In this document: positions 39,662-50,340 of the stretch, one piece after another
Layout: every line of letters starts with the position of its first letter
Position numbering within the stretch: the stretch's first letter is position 1
NCBI GenBank assembly: GCA_002083515.1
Contig: LWDN01000051.1
Location: 27,561-91,560 of the forward strand
Direction of reading: 5' to 3'
DNA length: 64,000 nt
From: Proteobacteria bacterium HN_bin10
GTDB lineage: Bacteria > Pseudomonadota > Alphaproteobacteria > Caulobacterales > Aquidulcibacteraceae
Program-made: the position numbers and the translations under genes
The notes under the pieces: generated by a model
Told to the model about the DNA's origin: nothing
The model's database searches: none
What the model saw: the letters and a program-made list of their open reading frames with translations, nothing else

Positions 39662-40793
39662 CTAGTCGATGTCGTCCACCTGCTTGTCCGCCGCGCCGCT
39701 CACCCGCGCCGCCAGCGACGCCGCCATGAACTGATCGAGGTCGCCGTTCAGCACCCCCTGCGTATCAGAGGTTTCAACACCCGTCCGCAAGTCTTTGACC
39801 ATCTGATACGGCTGCAAGACGTACGAGCGTATCTGCCTTCCCCAGCCGATCTCGGTCTTGGCCTCCGCCAGCTGCTGGGCGGCGGCCTCGCGTTTTTGAA
39901 GCTCGGCTTCATAGAGCCGCGCCCGCAGCATGTCCCAGGCGGCGGCCCGGTTCTTGTGCTGGCTGCGCTCGGCCTGGCAGGCGACGACAATGCCGGTGGG
40001 GATGTGGGTCAACCGCACGGCGGAGTCGGTTTTGTTGATGTGCTGACCGCCGGCGCCCGAGGCCCGATAGGTGTCGGTCCGGACGTCCTTGTCGAGGATT
40101 TCGATGTCGATCGACTCGTCGACCTTCGGATAGACCCAGACGCTTGCGAACGAGGTGTGCCTGCGGGCGTTGGAATCGTAGGGACTGATGCGCACCAGCC
40201 GGTGCACGCCGGCTTCGGTCTTGAGCCAGCCATAAGCGTTTTCGCCATGGACAAGAATGGTCGCGGACTTGATGCCTGCGGTGTCGCCGGCCTGCTCCTC
40301 AAGCAGATCGACCTTGAAGCCGCGAGCATTCGCCCAACGCGAATACATGCGCAGCAACATCTCGGTCCAATCCTGGCTTTCGGTGCCGCCGGCGCCGGAA
40401 TTGAACTCGATGTAGGCGTCGTTGCCATCGGCCTCGCCCGAAAGCAGCGCTTCGAGTTCCGCCTTCGCCGCCCGATCTTGCGCCGCCTTCAGCCCCTGCT
40501 GCGCTTCGGCGATGAGACTCTCATCGCCCTCTGCCTCGGCGAGTTCCGCCAGCTCCACGCCGTCGCGCAAGTCCCGCTCCAGCGAAAGGATGTTGTTCAT
40601 CCCCGTCTCGAGCTTGGTGCGCTCGCGCATCAGCTTCTGGGCTTTCTCCGGGTCGTTCCAGAAATCGGGGCGCTCCGAAAGCGCCGTCAATTCATCAAAG
40701 CGAACCTGGGCGCGATCCCAGTCAAAGACGCCTCCGCAGCAGAGCGACGGCGGATTCGATTTGTTCGGCTAAGGCCGCAATTTCAGCGCGCAT
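39662..40793 (-). CDS. prfB: Peptide chain release factor 2 (programmed +1 frameshift)
   Basis: ATG 40793, 23 codons to CTT-TGA-C, then [12 protein letters not shown] and [15 protein letters not shown]. Confidence 0.97.
40721..40736 (-). promoter_or_regulatory. prfB +1 frameshift site
   Basis: Minus strand CGGAGG-CGT-CTTTGAC (internal SD, slippery codon, stop). Confidence 0.93.
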
Positions 40794-40869
40794 TTCGGGA
40801 CTCGATTCTACGGATATCTAGTGGCAGGCATGTAGGGCACGCGCCGCAAAACGCAAGCGGCGTCGCCCC

Positions 40870-43431
40870 TCAGTACAGCCCGCTCGACTCGTCATCCTGC
40901 TGCTGGGCGCGCGGCCCCTCGTCAGGCGTGTCGCTGCCGGTCAGACCGGACAAAACACGCGGGTCGATTGGATCGGTGCCGCCAAACACGAACGGTGAGG
41001 ACGTCACATCGCGCGTCGGTTCTGTGTCGGGGCGGAAGGCCTCGAGGATCGTTTGTGTCGTCGCTGCATTCGGCAGGGCGCCGGTCTGATAGTCGATGCG
41101 CACCAGGCGCGCGCCCGCCGGGATACGGAACGGCGTAGGCGAAGTGCCGCGCAGCGCTTCGCGCATGAAGTCGCGGAAGATCGGCGCTGAGATGCGGCCG
41201 CCGGTTTCGCCCTCGCCCATGTCGCGCGGTTGGTCGAAACCCGCCCACACGCCGACAACGAGGTCGGGCGAAAAACCGATGAACCACGCGTCTTTGTAGT
41301 CATTGGTGGTGCCGGTTTTTCCGCCCAGCGGATAACCCAGAGAATTCACGACTGTCGCCGTGCCGCGCTGGACGACGCCTTCAGCCATCGAGACGATCTG
41401 ATAGGCCGTCACCGGGTCGAGCACCTGCGCACGCGTGTCAGGCAGATCGGGCGGCGCCTGACGCGCCCACTCGGCATTGCAGCTCTCGCACGCGCGCTGA
41501 TCCCGACGAAATACGGTGACGCCGTTACGGTCCTGAATGCGGTCGATGAAAATCGGCGAAATCTGGCGTCCGCCATTGACGAACTGGCCGTAGCCGGTGG
41601 TCATGCGCAGCAATGTGGTTTCGCCCGCGCCAAGCGCCAGCGCGAACACGGCTTGGGTGTTGTCGCCGTAGATGCCGAGACGGCGACCGTAGTCGAGAAT
41701 ACGCTCGGGACCCATCTCATACGCCACGCGCGCCGTCATGGCGTTACGCGACATCTCGAGGCCGCGCCGCAATGTAGTCGGACCATAGAATTCGCGCGTG
41801 TAATTCTCCGGCGACCAATTGGAGCCGTCGCCCGCCTCGATCGCCAACGGCGCGTCGTCCACGAGCGTCGCCGGCGTCAAGCCATAGTCCAGCGCCGCCG
41901 CATAAACGATCGGCTTGAACGAAGAGCCCGGTTGGCGCTGCGCCTGGGTGGCGCGATTGAGGCCGGTGCTTTCATTGAACGAATAGCCGCCGACCATGGC
42001 CAGGACGCGCCCGGTATGGGGGTCCATCGCCACCAGCGCGCCTTGGATCTCCGGCACCTGGCGCAGCGTGTAGCGTCCGTTCGAGCCGCGCGTTGCGTAG
42101 ACAATGGCGCCCGCGCGCAAGGCACGCGCGCCATCGCGGCGCGCGCCCTGCGCCGCCCATTGCGCATCGTTATCGCCAAGCCGGCCGCTCTGACCGTTCT
42201 CGTCGGTTAGCGTGATGGCGCCGCCGCCGGTGCGCGTGACCATGGCGCGCAGCCAGTTCGAGAGCTGCGGCGCTGCAGGCGCTTCGCGGAGTTGCGCCTG
42301 CACGTCGCCGGCGGGATCGCCGGAACCCACCGGCCCGCGCCAATCGTGACGACGATCATAATCCTCCAGCCCGGCGCGCAGCGCGCGCGCAGCCGCGAGC
42401 TGCAGACGGGTGTCGATGGTCGAGCGGATCGAGAGCCCGCCGTCGTAGAGTGCGTCTTCGCCGTACTGGTCCTGCACCTGGCGGCGCACTTCTTCGACGA
42501 AGTGCGAGGCGGCGATGAATTGGTCGCCGGCCAGGCGGTTCCTCACCGTCAACTCTTCCGCGCGAGCCGCGGTTGCTTGCTCCTCGGTGATGTAGCCGCG
42601 CTCCAACATGCGGCCGATGGCGTAATCGCGGCGCGCCACGGCGCGTTCGCGATGGCGCGGCAGCTGATAATTAGCCGGTCCCTTCGGCAGGATCGAAAGA
42701 TACGCAGCTTCGGCGACCGTAAGATCGGCCAACGGCTTGTCGAAATAGTTTAAGGCGGCAGCGGCGACGCCATAAGCGCGGTTTCCGAGATAGATCTGGT
42801 TCAGGTAGAGTTCGAGGATGCGGTCTTTGTCGAGCGCGCGCTCGATGCGTTGCGCCATCAGACCTTCGCGAAATTTGGTGTAGACCGCGCAGAACAAGCC
42901 GCCGATGCCGCCGCTGCACTCGGCGGCGCGCCCTGTCAGCATGTTGCCGGCCACCTGCTGCGTAATGGTGGACGCGCCTTGCAGACGCCTTCCGCGCAGA
43001 ACGTTGCCAACGTTCGAGACCATCGCACGCGCAATGCCGGCGTAGTCGAGGCCCGAATGCTCGAAGAAGCGCGCGTCCTCAACCGCGACGAACGCGTTCT
43101 TCACGTGGTCGGGAATCTGTTCGATCGGCACGAACACGCGCTGCTCGCGCGCGAACTCCGCCACCAGCGCGCCGTCGCCTGCGTGCACGCGGCTAGTTAC
43201 CGGCGGCTCGTACTCCTGAAGCTCGGTGAGGCCGGGCAATCCCTGCAGCGCGACCAGCAAGAAGATAAGCACCGCCAAGACGCCTGCGCCCGCAGCGATC
43301 GCCAGTCCGAGCAGCACCTTTCGCCAGGGGAAGCCGCCACCACCGCCGCCGGGCTCGCGATAGCTGCGACGGTCGTAATCGTCGTAATCCTCGTCGTCCC
43401 AACCACGGTCGTAAGTGCTCTGTCGCGACAT
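40870..43431 (-). CDS. mrcA: Penicillin-binding protein 1A
   Basis: EDARFFEHSG, GASTITQQ, SSFK, SRN, KTG; amiC-mrcA-prfB gene order. Confidence 0.95.
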   Translation of the reverse strand: MSRQSTYDRGWDDEDYDDYDRRSYREPGGGGGGFPWRKVLLGLAIAAGAGVLAVLIFLLVALQGLPGLTELQEYEPPVTSRVHAGDGALVAEFAREQRVFVPIEQIPDHVKNAFVAVEDARFFEHSGLDYAGIARAMVSNVGNVLRGRRLQGASTITQQVAGNMLTGRAAECSGGIGGLFCAVYTKFREGLMAQRIERALDKDRILELYLNQIYLGNRAYGVAAAALNYFDKPLADLTVAEAAYLSILPKGPANYQLPRHRERAVARRDYAIGRMLERGYITEEQATAARAEELTVRNRLAGDQFIAASHFVEEVRRQVQDQYGEDALYDGGLSIRSTIDTRLQLAAARALRAGLEDYDRRHDWRGPVGSGDPAGDVQAQLREAPAAPQLSNWLRAMVTRTGGGAITLTDENGQSGRLGDNDAQWAAQGARRDGARALRAGAIVYATRGSNGRYTLRQVPEIQGALVAMDPHTGRVLAMVGGYSFNESTGLNRATQAQRQPGSSFKPIVYAAALDYGLTPATLVDDAPLAIEAGDGSNWSPENYTREFYGPTTLRRGLEMSRNAMTARVAYEMGPERILDYGRRLGIYGDNTQAVFALALGAGETTLLRMTTGYGQFVNGGRQISPIFIDRIQDRNGVTVFRRDQRACESCNAEWARQAPPDLPDTRAQVLDPVTAYQIVSMAEGVVQRGTATVVNSLGYPLGGKTGTTNDYKDAWFIGFSPDLVVGVWAGFDQPRDMGEGETGGRISAPIFRDFMREALRGTSPTPFRIPAGARLVRIDYQTGALPNAATTQTILEAFRPDTEPTRDVTSSPFVFGGTDPIDPRVLSGLTGSDTPDEGPRAQQQDDESSGLY

Positions 43432-43549
43432 TGCGTCCCGCTTCTGCGCGTTGTTGTTCCGCCGCCCGGCCTCGCCCCGCAATGAGGCGCGATTAAGGCC
43501 GGCGCGGCAACCCGGAGACTAGCGGAATTAGCTTAAGATTCGCGTCCAA

Positions 43550-44692
43550 TCAGCGTGCGGCCGCATACACAACGGGCGTCGCGAAATAGGCGTCGACGGC
43601 GCCGGCCATGGCCTCGGCCATCCGCTCTCTCGCGCGCGGGTCGCCCAAGCGCCGCTCATCGGTCGAATTGCTCAGGAAGCCGGTCTCGATCAGCACGGCC
43701 GGCACGTCGGGCGCGAGCAGCACGAAGAACCCAGCGCTCCGGTGGGTATTGCGTACGAGCGGGGCCACCTGGCCAAGCCGGGGAATCACCAGCTGCGCAA
43801 ATTGCGCCGACCTGTTGGTGGTATCGCGCTGAGCCAGATCGACCAGAATGTCACGCGCCAGCGCGTTCCGCGTGTCGAGGTCGAGGTCCCAGTTCTGCGA
43901 CGCCATCATGTTTTGGGCGCGGTCCGCGCCGCTGTCGGACAAGGTGTAGACCGACGCGCCCGCGGTTTCCCGGTTGGGGCTGGCGTCGGCATGGATGGAG
44001 ATGAAGAGATCGGCGTGCTGGGTGCGCGCAAAACGGACGCGATCCTCAAGTTCGACGAAGGAATCCGCGTCGCGGGTCAAAGCCACGTGGTAGCCGCGCT
44101 GCTGAAGCGCGTCCCGAAGCGTGAGCGCACAATGCAGAACCACGTCCTTCTCACGCGTTCCACCCGCGCCGATGGCGCCGGGATCTCGACCTCCGTGCCC
44201 GGCGTCGATAACCACCGTGCGGCGCGCTTGCTGCCTGGCTGGCCGCTCCAACGGGGCTGGCGGCGGCGCTGACGGCGTTGTAGCGGCGATGTCGAAGCTC
44301 AACGTGGCGCTCCGGCGGCCGCCTATTTCTTGCCGCACCAAGCTGGCCGGACCCTCAAGGTCAAGCACGACCCGGGCGTTGCCGCCTTCTTGAGGCGCGT
44401 AGCGGAAGCGGCGCACCAGTCCCGCGCCCGGCCCTTGGCCGACAGCGCCGCCGGGCAGCGCCAACTGACTGTTGGCGACATCGATTACGAAACGAGCAGG
44501 TTCGCTTAGGAAAAATGTCCGCGCCTGCGCCGGCCGATCGAGCGCGAGAGTTACTCTGCAGCAACCGGCCGTCTCTTGAACCAGCACGCCGCGGATGTTG
44601 GACGGTACATCTGCATAGGCGCGCCCGCTTAAGGCGATGCTGCTAAGGGCAGTCGCGCCAAAGAAGGCGAAGGCTCGGCGAGTCACGTCCAT
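43550..44692 (-). CDS. amiC: N-acetylmuramoyl-L-alanine amidase with AMIN domain and Tat signal
   Basis: TRRAF twin-arginine signal; IDAGHGGRDPGA, EKD, FISIHADA, PAVLIETGFLSN. Confidence 0.93.
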   Translation of the reverse strand: MDVTRRAFAFFGATALSSIALSGRAYADVPSNIRGVLVQETAGCCRVTLALDRPAQARTFFLSEPARFVIDVANSQLALPGGAVGQGPGAGLVRRFRYAPQEGGNARVVLDLEGPASLVRQEIGGRRSATLSFDIAATTPSAPPPAPLERPARQQARRTVVIDAGHGGRDPGAIGAGGTREKDVVLHCALTLRDALQQRGYHVALTRDADSFVELEDRVRFARTQHADLFISIHADASPNRETAGASVYTLSDSGADRAQNMMASQNWDLDLDTRNALARDILVDLAQRDTTNRSAQFAQLVIPRLGQVAPLVRNTHRSAGFFVLLAPDVPAVLIETGFLSNSTDERRLGDPRARERMAEAMAGAVDAYFATPVVYAAAR

Positions 44693-44831
44693 GAATGGCG
44701 GGAAAGTACCCGACGCCGCTTGCTATCGAGTTGAAAACTTGGGTGAATGAGGCGGTAACTACAGCTGAGCTACAGACGCCGCCCGTCGCGCCGGACTTGA
44801 GCAAAAATCAACGGCGTGTTCACTCTAAGCC

Positions 44832-46124
44832 ATGCACGCCTTTGTTCTAGCGGTCAGCTTGTCTCTGTGCGCATTACCTGCGTTGGCGCAAGACTATCGG
44901 CTGCAATCGACGGCCGCCACAGAGCTGCAGCAAATGTGCACGGCCGACGCTGGCGAGCTTTGGAGCGCCAGCCTTTGCGGGCCGCTCATCGTTGTCGATG
45001 GCAACACGCGGCAAGCGTGGGCAACCCAACACGACAATCTGAATATCCTGAGCATCGCATCAGGCGGCGGCTGGGCCGGTGTGCTGCCGGAAGGCGTGCC
45101 TGTGGCGAACACCACTGTTGATTGGGGCGGCGTGCAGTGGATCATGGTTGTTGGTCCGTTACCGGAAGACACGATCACTCGCCGCGTGCTCCTCGCTCAC
45201 GAAGCGTGGCATCGCGTACAGGAATCTTTGGGCTTGCCGATGCAGGGCGCCAATGCCGGGCATCTGGAAACCGAGCGTGGCCGCTACCTGATGCGTCTGG
45301 AAATGCGCGCGCTCGCCACTGCCATGCTGTCCAATCGCCGCGCGCGCCGTAATGCGGCGAGAGATGCGTTGGCGTTCCGCATGGCCCGGCTCTCGTCATT
45401 TCCAGAAGCGCCCGCCGCCGAAGCAGGGCTCGACCGAAACGAGGGTCTTGCTTCCTACACCGGCGTGCGTCTGGGCGCCGGCGATCAGGCGCGCCAATTC
45501 GCGGCGCGAACCCTCAACGGCTATGACCAACACCAGGCGCTGGCGCGGGCATACGCCTATGCGACCGGCCCAGCGTATGGGCTGCTGCTGGACGAGTATG
45601 CGCCAAATTGGCGGGCACAACTTGCCGCCTGGGCGCCGGCCGACCTTCTCGTCAGCCCGCTTCGTGCACGAGCGCTAAGCGAGCGCGACCTTCAGCGACG
45701 CGCTGGCCGCTACGCTGGCCCCCAAATCGCGGCCGAAGAACGCGCGCGTGCGGAAAATCAGCGGCGTCTGATCGCCGAACTCATCGTCCGCTACTCAGGC
45801 GCGCGGATTGAGCTTCCACTCGGGCAAATGCAGTTCGAGTTTGATCCCGAGCAAGTGATACCTGTTCCAAACCTTGGAACCGTTTATAGACGTCTGGTGT
45901 TGCGGGACGCTTGGGGTCAGTTGCGGGCTACGGAGGGCGCTCTGATTTCTCCGAGCTTCGACAGGCTCATTGCAGCCGCCCCCGATCCCGATGGCCTGGC
46001 GGGCCCGGGGTGGACGCTTGATCTGGCGCCTGGATACCACATTTCCGCACCTGATGCAGAGGGGGTGGTCCGTCCGGAAGTTGCCCTCCAACAGCAGCCA
46101 AGCGGGCGTCAGCCGCGCAATTGA
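44832..46124 (+). CDS. Secreted hypothetical protein with a zincin (HExxH + E) motif
   Basis: Signal peptide; LAHEAWHRVQ and downstream NEGLASY. Confidence 0.75.
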   Translation: MHAFVLAVSLSLCALPALAQDYRLQSTAATELQQMCTADAGELWSASLCGPLIVVDGNTRQAWATQHDNLNILSIASGGGWAGVLPEGVPVANTTVDWGGVQWIMVVGPLPEDTITRRVLLAHEAWHRVQESLGLPMQGANAGHLETERGRYLMRLEMRALATAMLSNRRARRNAARDALAFRMARLSSFPEAPAAEAGLDRNEGLASYTGVRLGAGDQARQFAARTLNGYDQHQALARAYAYATGPAYGLLLDEYAPNWRAQLAAWAPADLLVSPLRARALSERDLQRRAGRYAGPQIAAEERARAENQRRLIAELIVRYSGARIELPLGQMQFEFDPEQVIPVPNLGTVYRRLVLRDAWGQLRATEGALISPSFDRLIAAAPDPDGLAGPGWTLDLAPGYHISAPDAEGVVRPEVALQQQPSGRQPRN

Positions 46125-46189
46125 CCCCCGCCAGCGCTTCCCCTGCGGAGCCAAATCATGCATAGGTACCGTCATCGCCGCGTGCGCCG

Positions 46190-46511
46190 TCAGGGAGTTA
46201 TCCCCAGAGCACCCGGCGCGCTCCCGCCCTGCGGACCGGCGAAATCGGGCCCTGCGGCGCGCTGTCGAAGCGCCCGCGTTTGGACCTAGAGCACCCGTTC
46301 TCCAGGACCGGAAGCGTAAGCGCCGCCTCTAAAGGCGGCGTCAACTGGAGCCCAATTATGATCCGCCTAGCGATCGATCCAAACGCCAAGGGCCGTTCGG
46401 GCCCCGGCTTCGGTCGCGCAGGATCATCCCTCATGACTTTGCGTCGCCTTGCCGCTCCCGCCCCGGTTCGCACCGGAAGTTCGGGAGCGCGCGACGCCCA
46501 CGGAGCCCTTA
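46190..46511 (+). promoter_or_regulatory. Long 5' leader of rne
   Basis: About 390-bp non-coding gap before rne with GC-rich hairpins; long autoregulatory leaders are known for rne; limits approximate. Confidence 0.5.
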
Positions 46512-48809
46512 ATGGCCAAGAAAATGTTAATCGACGCCGCCCACCCGGAAGAGACCCGGGTCGCGGTGCTCGACGGAAGCCGCGTTGAAGATTTCGATTT
46601 CGAGGTCGCCAGCAAGAGACAGCTCCGAGGCAATATCTATCTCGCCAAGGTGACGCGGGTTGAGCCGTCGCTGCAGGCGGCCTTCGTTGAGTATGGCGGC
46701 AACCGCCATGGCTTCCTCGCGTTCTCCGAAATTCACCCGGACTATTACGCCATCCCCCACGACGACCAGGAAGCCATCAAGGCGGAGCTGGCCAAGGCCG
46801 AGGAGGAGAGCGAAAACGAGGAAGAGGATGATGAAGCGCGCGACGAGCGCCGCCGCCGTATCCTGACCCGCCGCTACAAAATTCAGGAAGTCATCCGGCG
46901 ACGTCAAATCATGCTGGTTCAGGTGGTGAAGGAAGAGCGCGGCAACAAAGGCGCCGCGCTCACCACCTATCTTTCGCTCGCCGGCCGCTATTGCGTGCTG
47001 ATGCCGAACACGGGTCGCGGAGGCGGCATCTCGCGCAAGATCACGCAAGCGACGGACCGCAAACGGCTTAAGAAGATCGCGCAAGACCTCGAGGTGCCGC
47101 AGGGCCAAGGTCTGATCATCCGCACCGCGGGCGCCAAACGCACCAAGACCGAGATCAAGCGCGATTATGAGTATCTCTCGCGCGCCTGGGAGACCATTCG
47201 CGACGACACCATGAAGTCCGTCGCGCCGGCATTGATCTACGAAGAGAGTTCGCTGGTGAAGCGCGCCATTCGCGATCTCTACGACAAAGAGGTCGATGAA
47301 ATTCATGTCGAAGGCGAGGCGGCCTACAAGGAGGCCAAGGACTTCGTACGGATGTTGATGCCCAGTCACGCCAAGCGCGTGCATCTGTGGAAGGACGCGA
47401 CGCCGATCTTCGCCAAGCATGGCGTCGAAAAGCAGCTCGATTCGATCTATTCGCCCATCGTGACGCTGAAGAGCGGCGGCTACATCGTCATCAACCAGGC
47501 CGAGGCGCTCGTCGCCATCGACGTCAACTCCGGGCGCGCCACCCGCGAACGCAATATCGAACAGACGGCGTTCAAGACCAATCTCGAAGCGGCCGATGAA
47601 GCCGCGCGTCAGATGCGCCTGCGCGACCTCGCGGGGCTCATCGTCATCGACTTCATCGACATGGAGGAATCGAAGAACGATCGCGCCGTCGAAAAGCGGA
47701 TGAAGGACAATCTCCGCTTCGATCGCGCCCGCGTGCAGATGGGCAAGATCAGCGGCTTTGGCTTGCTGGAACTCTCACGTCAACGCCGCCGCACGGGGGT
47801 GCTGGAGGGCACCAGCCATATTTGCGAACACTGCCAAGGCTCCGGCCGGCTGCGTTCGGTCGAAAGCGCCTCGCTCGCCCTGCTCCGCGCCCTCGATGAG
47901 GCGGCGGCCAAGCAGAAGAACCGACTCATCGAGGCGCGCACGGCGGCCGATGTCGCCATCTATTTGCTCAACGAGAAACGCGACGCGCTCACGGCGATCG
48001 AAGAGAACCGCAATGTGCGCGTACGCGTCGGCGCCGCAAACGGGATGAATTCCGGCGAGTTTGAAATCAACGCAGCCGAAACCGACTTCGAACCCGACAC
48101 GGACGAAGCGGACTCCGAACCGCCGCAACCGGCGCGCGGCGGCCGCAAGCCGCAGCGCCGCGATGTTGAAATTGAAGCGGAGGAAGCCGACGCACGCGCC
48201 GCGGCGTTGGCGCATGAAGAAGAAACGGACGAGGACGCAGAGGTTTCGCCGAGCGCCGCCACAGACGGCGATGCCGATGGCGACGATCGCAAACGCCGTC
48301 GCCGGCGGGGCCGGCGCGGCGGCAAGCGCCGTCGCGATGGAGAGGAAGGCGAGGCCAACGCTGAAGTCGAGGCGGCTCCGCCGAAACCGGCGAGCGAAGG
48401 CCGGGAAGAGCGGGATGACCGAGGCGACCGCCGCCGTCGCCGCCGGCGCGGTCGCGGCCGAGGCCGACGCGTCTACGAGGTGGACGGCGGCGAATGGCTC
48501 GACTTCGTCAGCGCCGACTTGAAGCACTTGACCCCTCGCCCTGAACGGCCCGCCCGCTCTGACCACGAACGCAGCGCGGCGCCCCCGAGCGTCGTCGACA
48601 CCACTGCTGTTGCGGAGGCCGAGATCATCGCGCATCCCGCGCTGGAGCCGGCGGCGACTCCGGTTGCAGTGGCGGAGGCAGCGCCTGTCGATGCGTCTCC
48701 GTCCGCGCCCGAATCCGAACCGGTGGCGGACGCCCCTAATTATGAACCCGATCAGGAGCGGAGGGAGAAATTCTTCTCGCGGCTGTCGCGTTGGTCCAAG
48801 AAGGGCTGA
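46512..48809 (+). CDS. rne: Ribonuclease E
   Basis: KKMLIDAAHPEETRV, GNIYLAKVTRVEPSLQAAF, IDVNSG, IDFIDM, CEHC Zn link; disordered C-terminal domain with alternating acidic and Arg-rich blocks. Confidence 0.97.
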   Translation: MAKKMLIDAAHPEETRVAVLDGSRVEDFDFEVASKRQLRGNIYLAKVTRVEPSLQAAFVEYGGNRHGFLAFSEIHPDYYAIPHDDQEAIKAELAKAEEESENEEEDDEARDERRRRILTRRYKIQEVIRRRQIMLVQVVKEERGNKGAALTTYLSLAGRYCVLMPNTGRGGGISRKITQATDRKRLKKIAQDLEVPQGQGLIIRTAGAKRTKTEIKRDYEYLSRAWETIRDDTMKSVAPALIYEESSLVKRAIRDLYDKEVDEIHVEGEAAYKEAKDFVRMLMPSHAKRVHLWKDATPIFAKHGVEKQLDSIYSPIVTLKSGGYIVINQAEALVAIDVNSGRATRERNIEQTAFKTNLEAADEAARQMRLRDLAGLIVIDFIDMEESKNDRAVEKRMKDNLRFDRARVQMGKISGFGLLELSRQRRRTGVLEGTSHICEHCQGSGRLRSVESASLALLRALDEAAAKQKNRLIEARTAADVAIYLLNEKRDALTAIEENRNVRVRVGAANGMNSGEFEINAAETDFEPDTDEADSEPPQPARGGRKPQRRDVEIEAEEADARAAALAHEEETDEDAEVSPSAATDGDADGDDRKRRRRRGRRGGKRRRDGEEGEANAEVEAAPPKPASEGREERDDRGDRRRRRRRGRGRGRRVYEVDGGEWLDFVSADLKHLTPRPERPARSDHERSAAPPSVVDTTAVAEAEIIAHPALEPAATPVAVAEAAPVDASPSAPESEPVADAPNYEPDQERREKFFSRLSRWSKKG

Positions 48810-48896
48810 CATAAGCTTACCGCGCACAAGGCCTTGTTCCCGCCCCAAACCGGCGTTTCAAAGCAGGGCGGCGGGGTGGAAACAAAAGGAGCGGGC

Positions 48897-50285
48897 ATGA
48901 CCGCGTCTCTTGGTTCGTTGCTGAATCGCTGTGCTACCGGCGCGATCGCAGGCATCGCCGCCTGCGCGCTGATGGCGGCTCAGACGGCGTCGGCGCAATC
49001 GCTCATCCGCGACGCCGAGATCGAAGACACGCTGCGCGTCTATACTAACCCGCTGCTGCAAGCCGCCGGCTTGAGGCCGGAGGATGTCCGTCTGCACATT
49101 GTGCAAGACCCTTCGATCAATGCGTTTGTCACGCAGGGTCAGAACATATTCATGCACACCGGCCTTATCCTCGAGGCCGAAAATCCGAACGAGATCATCG
49201 GCGTGCTGGCGCACGAGACAGGTCACATCGCTGGCGGTCATGGCGCCGGGCGGACGCAGGATATGCAACGCGCCATGGGGCCGATGCTGATTTCCATCGC
49301 GCTCGGCGTTATCGCGATCGCAGCCGGCGCGCCGCAAGCGGGCGCCGCGCTGATCGGCGGCTCGCAGGCGTTCGCCATGGGTGACTTCGTCCAGAACACG
49401 CGGACGCAAGAAGCCTCGGCCGATCAGGCGGCGGCGCAGTACCTCGAAGCCACCGGCCAATCGGGCCGCGGCCTCATCACCTTCTTCGATCGCGAGTTGC
49501 GGCCCTACGAGTTCCGCCTTCGCAACGCGCCGCCCTGGATGATCACCCACCCCAACGCGTCCGATCGCGTTGAGGCGCTGCGCGCTCCGATTGCAGCGTC
49601 GGCCAATTACGACGCCCCGGAGAGTCCGGAGAATCTGCGCCGCTTCCAGTTCATGCAGGCGAAGCTCTATGGCTTCATCCGTTCCGAGGGACAGACGCTG
49701 GCGCGCTATCCGCTGCGGGACACCTCGCAACCGGCGCGCTATGCGCGCGCGATCGCTTACTATCGCGCGTCGAAGCTTCCGCAGGCGCGCGGCGAACTCG
49801 ACATCTTGATCGCCGAGGATCCGCGCAACCCCTACTTCCAGGAACTCATGGGCCAAATTCTCTTCGAGAATGGACGCGCGGCGGAGTCCATTCCTTACCA
49901 TCGCCGGTCGCTTGAACTGGCGCCTGGGCAACCGCTGCTCCAGGTCAATTTGGCCCGCGCTTTGATCGAGGCCAACGGCCGCGCCGGCACCGAAGAGGCG
50001 CTTGCGCTCTTGGCGGATGTCATTCGAAGCGAACCCGACAATGGCTTCGCCTGGCGCGAGGCTGCGCGCGCACGTTACGAGCGTGGTGAAGAGCCGCTTG
50101 CCCAATTGGCCTCCGCGGAAGCGAGTATGACAGTCGGCGACTATTCTACCGCGCTCAACTTTGCCGAACGCGCCCGTCGCACGCTGCCGCGAAATACGCC
50201 CGACTACCGCCGGGCCGACGACATCGTGAACTTCGCCAGCTACGAAGTCCGTCAGCAGATGGAGCGGCGGAACCGGCGCGGCTGA
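48897..50285 (+). CDS. M48 metalloprotease with TPR repeats (BepA-like)
   Basis: LIRDAEIE, INAF, GVLAHETGH, EASADQ, THP, helical repeats. Confidence 0.92.
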   Translation: MTASLGSLLNRCATGAIAGIAACALMAAQTASAQSLIRDAEIEDTLRVYTNPLLQAAGLRPEDVRLHIVQDPSINAFVTQGQNIFMHTGLILEAENPNEIIGVLAHETGHIAGGHGAGRTQDMQRAMGPMLISIALGVIAIAAGAPQAGAALIGGSQAFAMGDFVQNTRTQEASADQAAAQYLEATGQSGRGLITFFDRELRPYEFRLRNAPPWMITHPNASDRVEALRAPIAASANYDAPESPENLRRFQFMQAKLYGFIRSEGQTLARYPLRDTSQPARYARAIAYYRASKLPQARGELDILIAEDPRNPYFQELMGQILFENGRAAESIPYHRRSLELAPGQPLLQVNLARALIEANGRAGTEEALALLADVIRSEPDNGFAWREAARARYERGEEPLAQLASAEASMTVGDYSTALNFAERARRTLPRNTPDYRRADDIVNFASYEVRQQMERRNRRG

Positions 50286-50340
50286 ACTTGTGGCGCTGCC
50301 GAAAACCGGTCATGGAGGCGCTCGTTCTCGGAGACCTCCT

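Noticed and set aside
39662..40793. prfB apparently truncated or a pseudogene
   Set aside because: It has the canonical programmed +1 frameshift (CTT TGA C with an internal SD), which is well known.
48280..48470. Arg-rich repeats in the rne C-terminus
   Set aside because: A normal feature of the disordered C-terminal domain of alphaproteobacterial RNase E.
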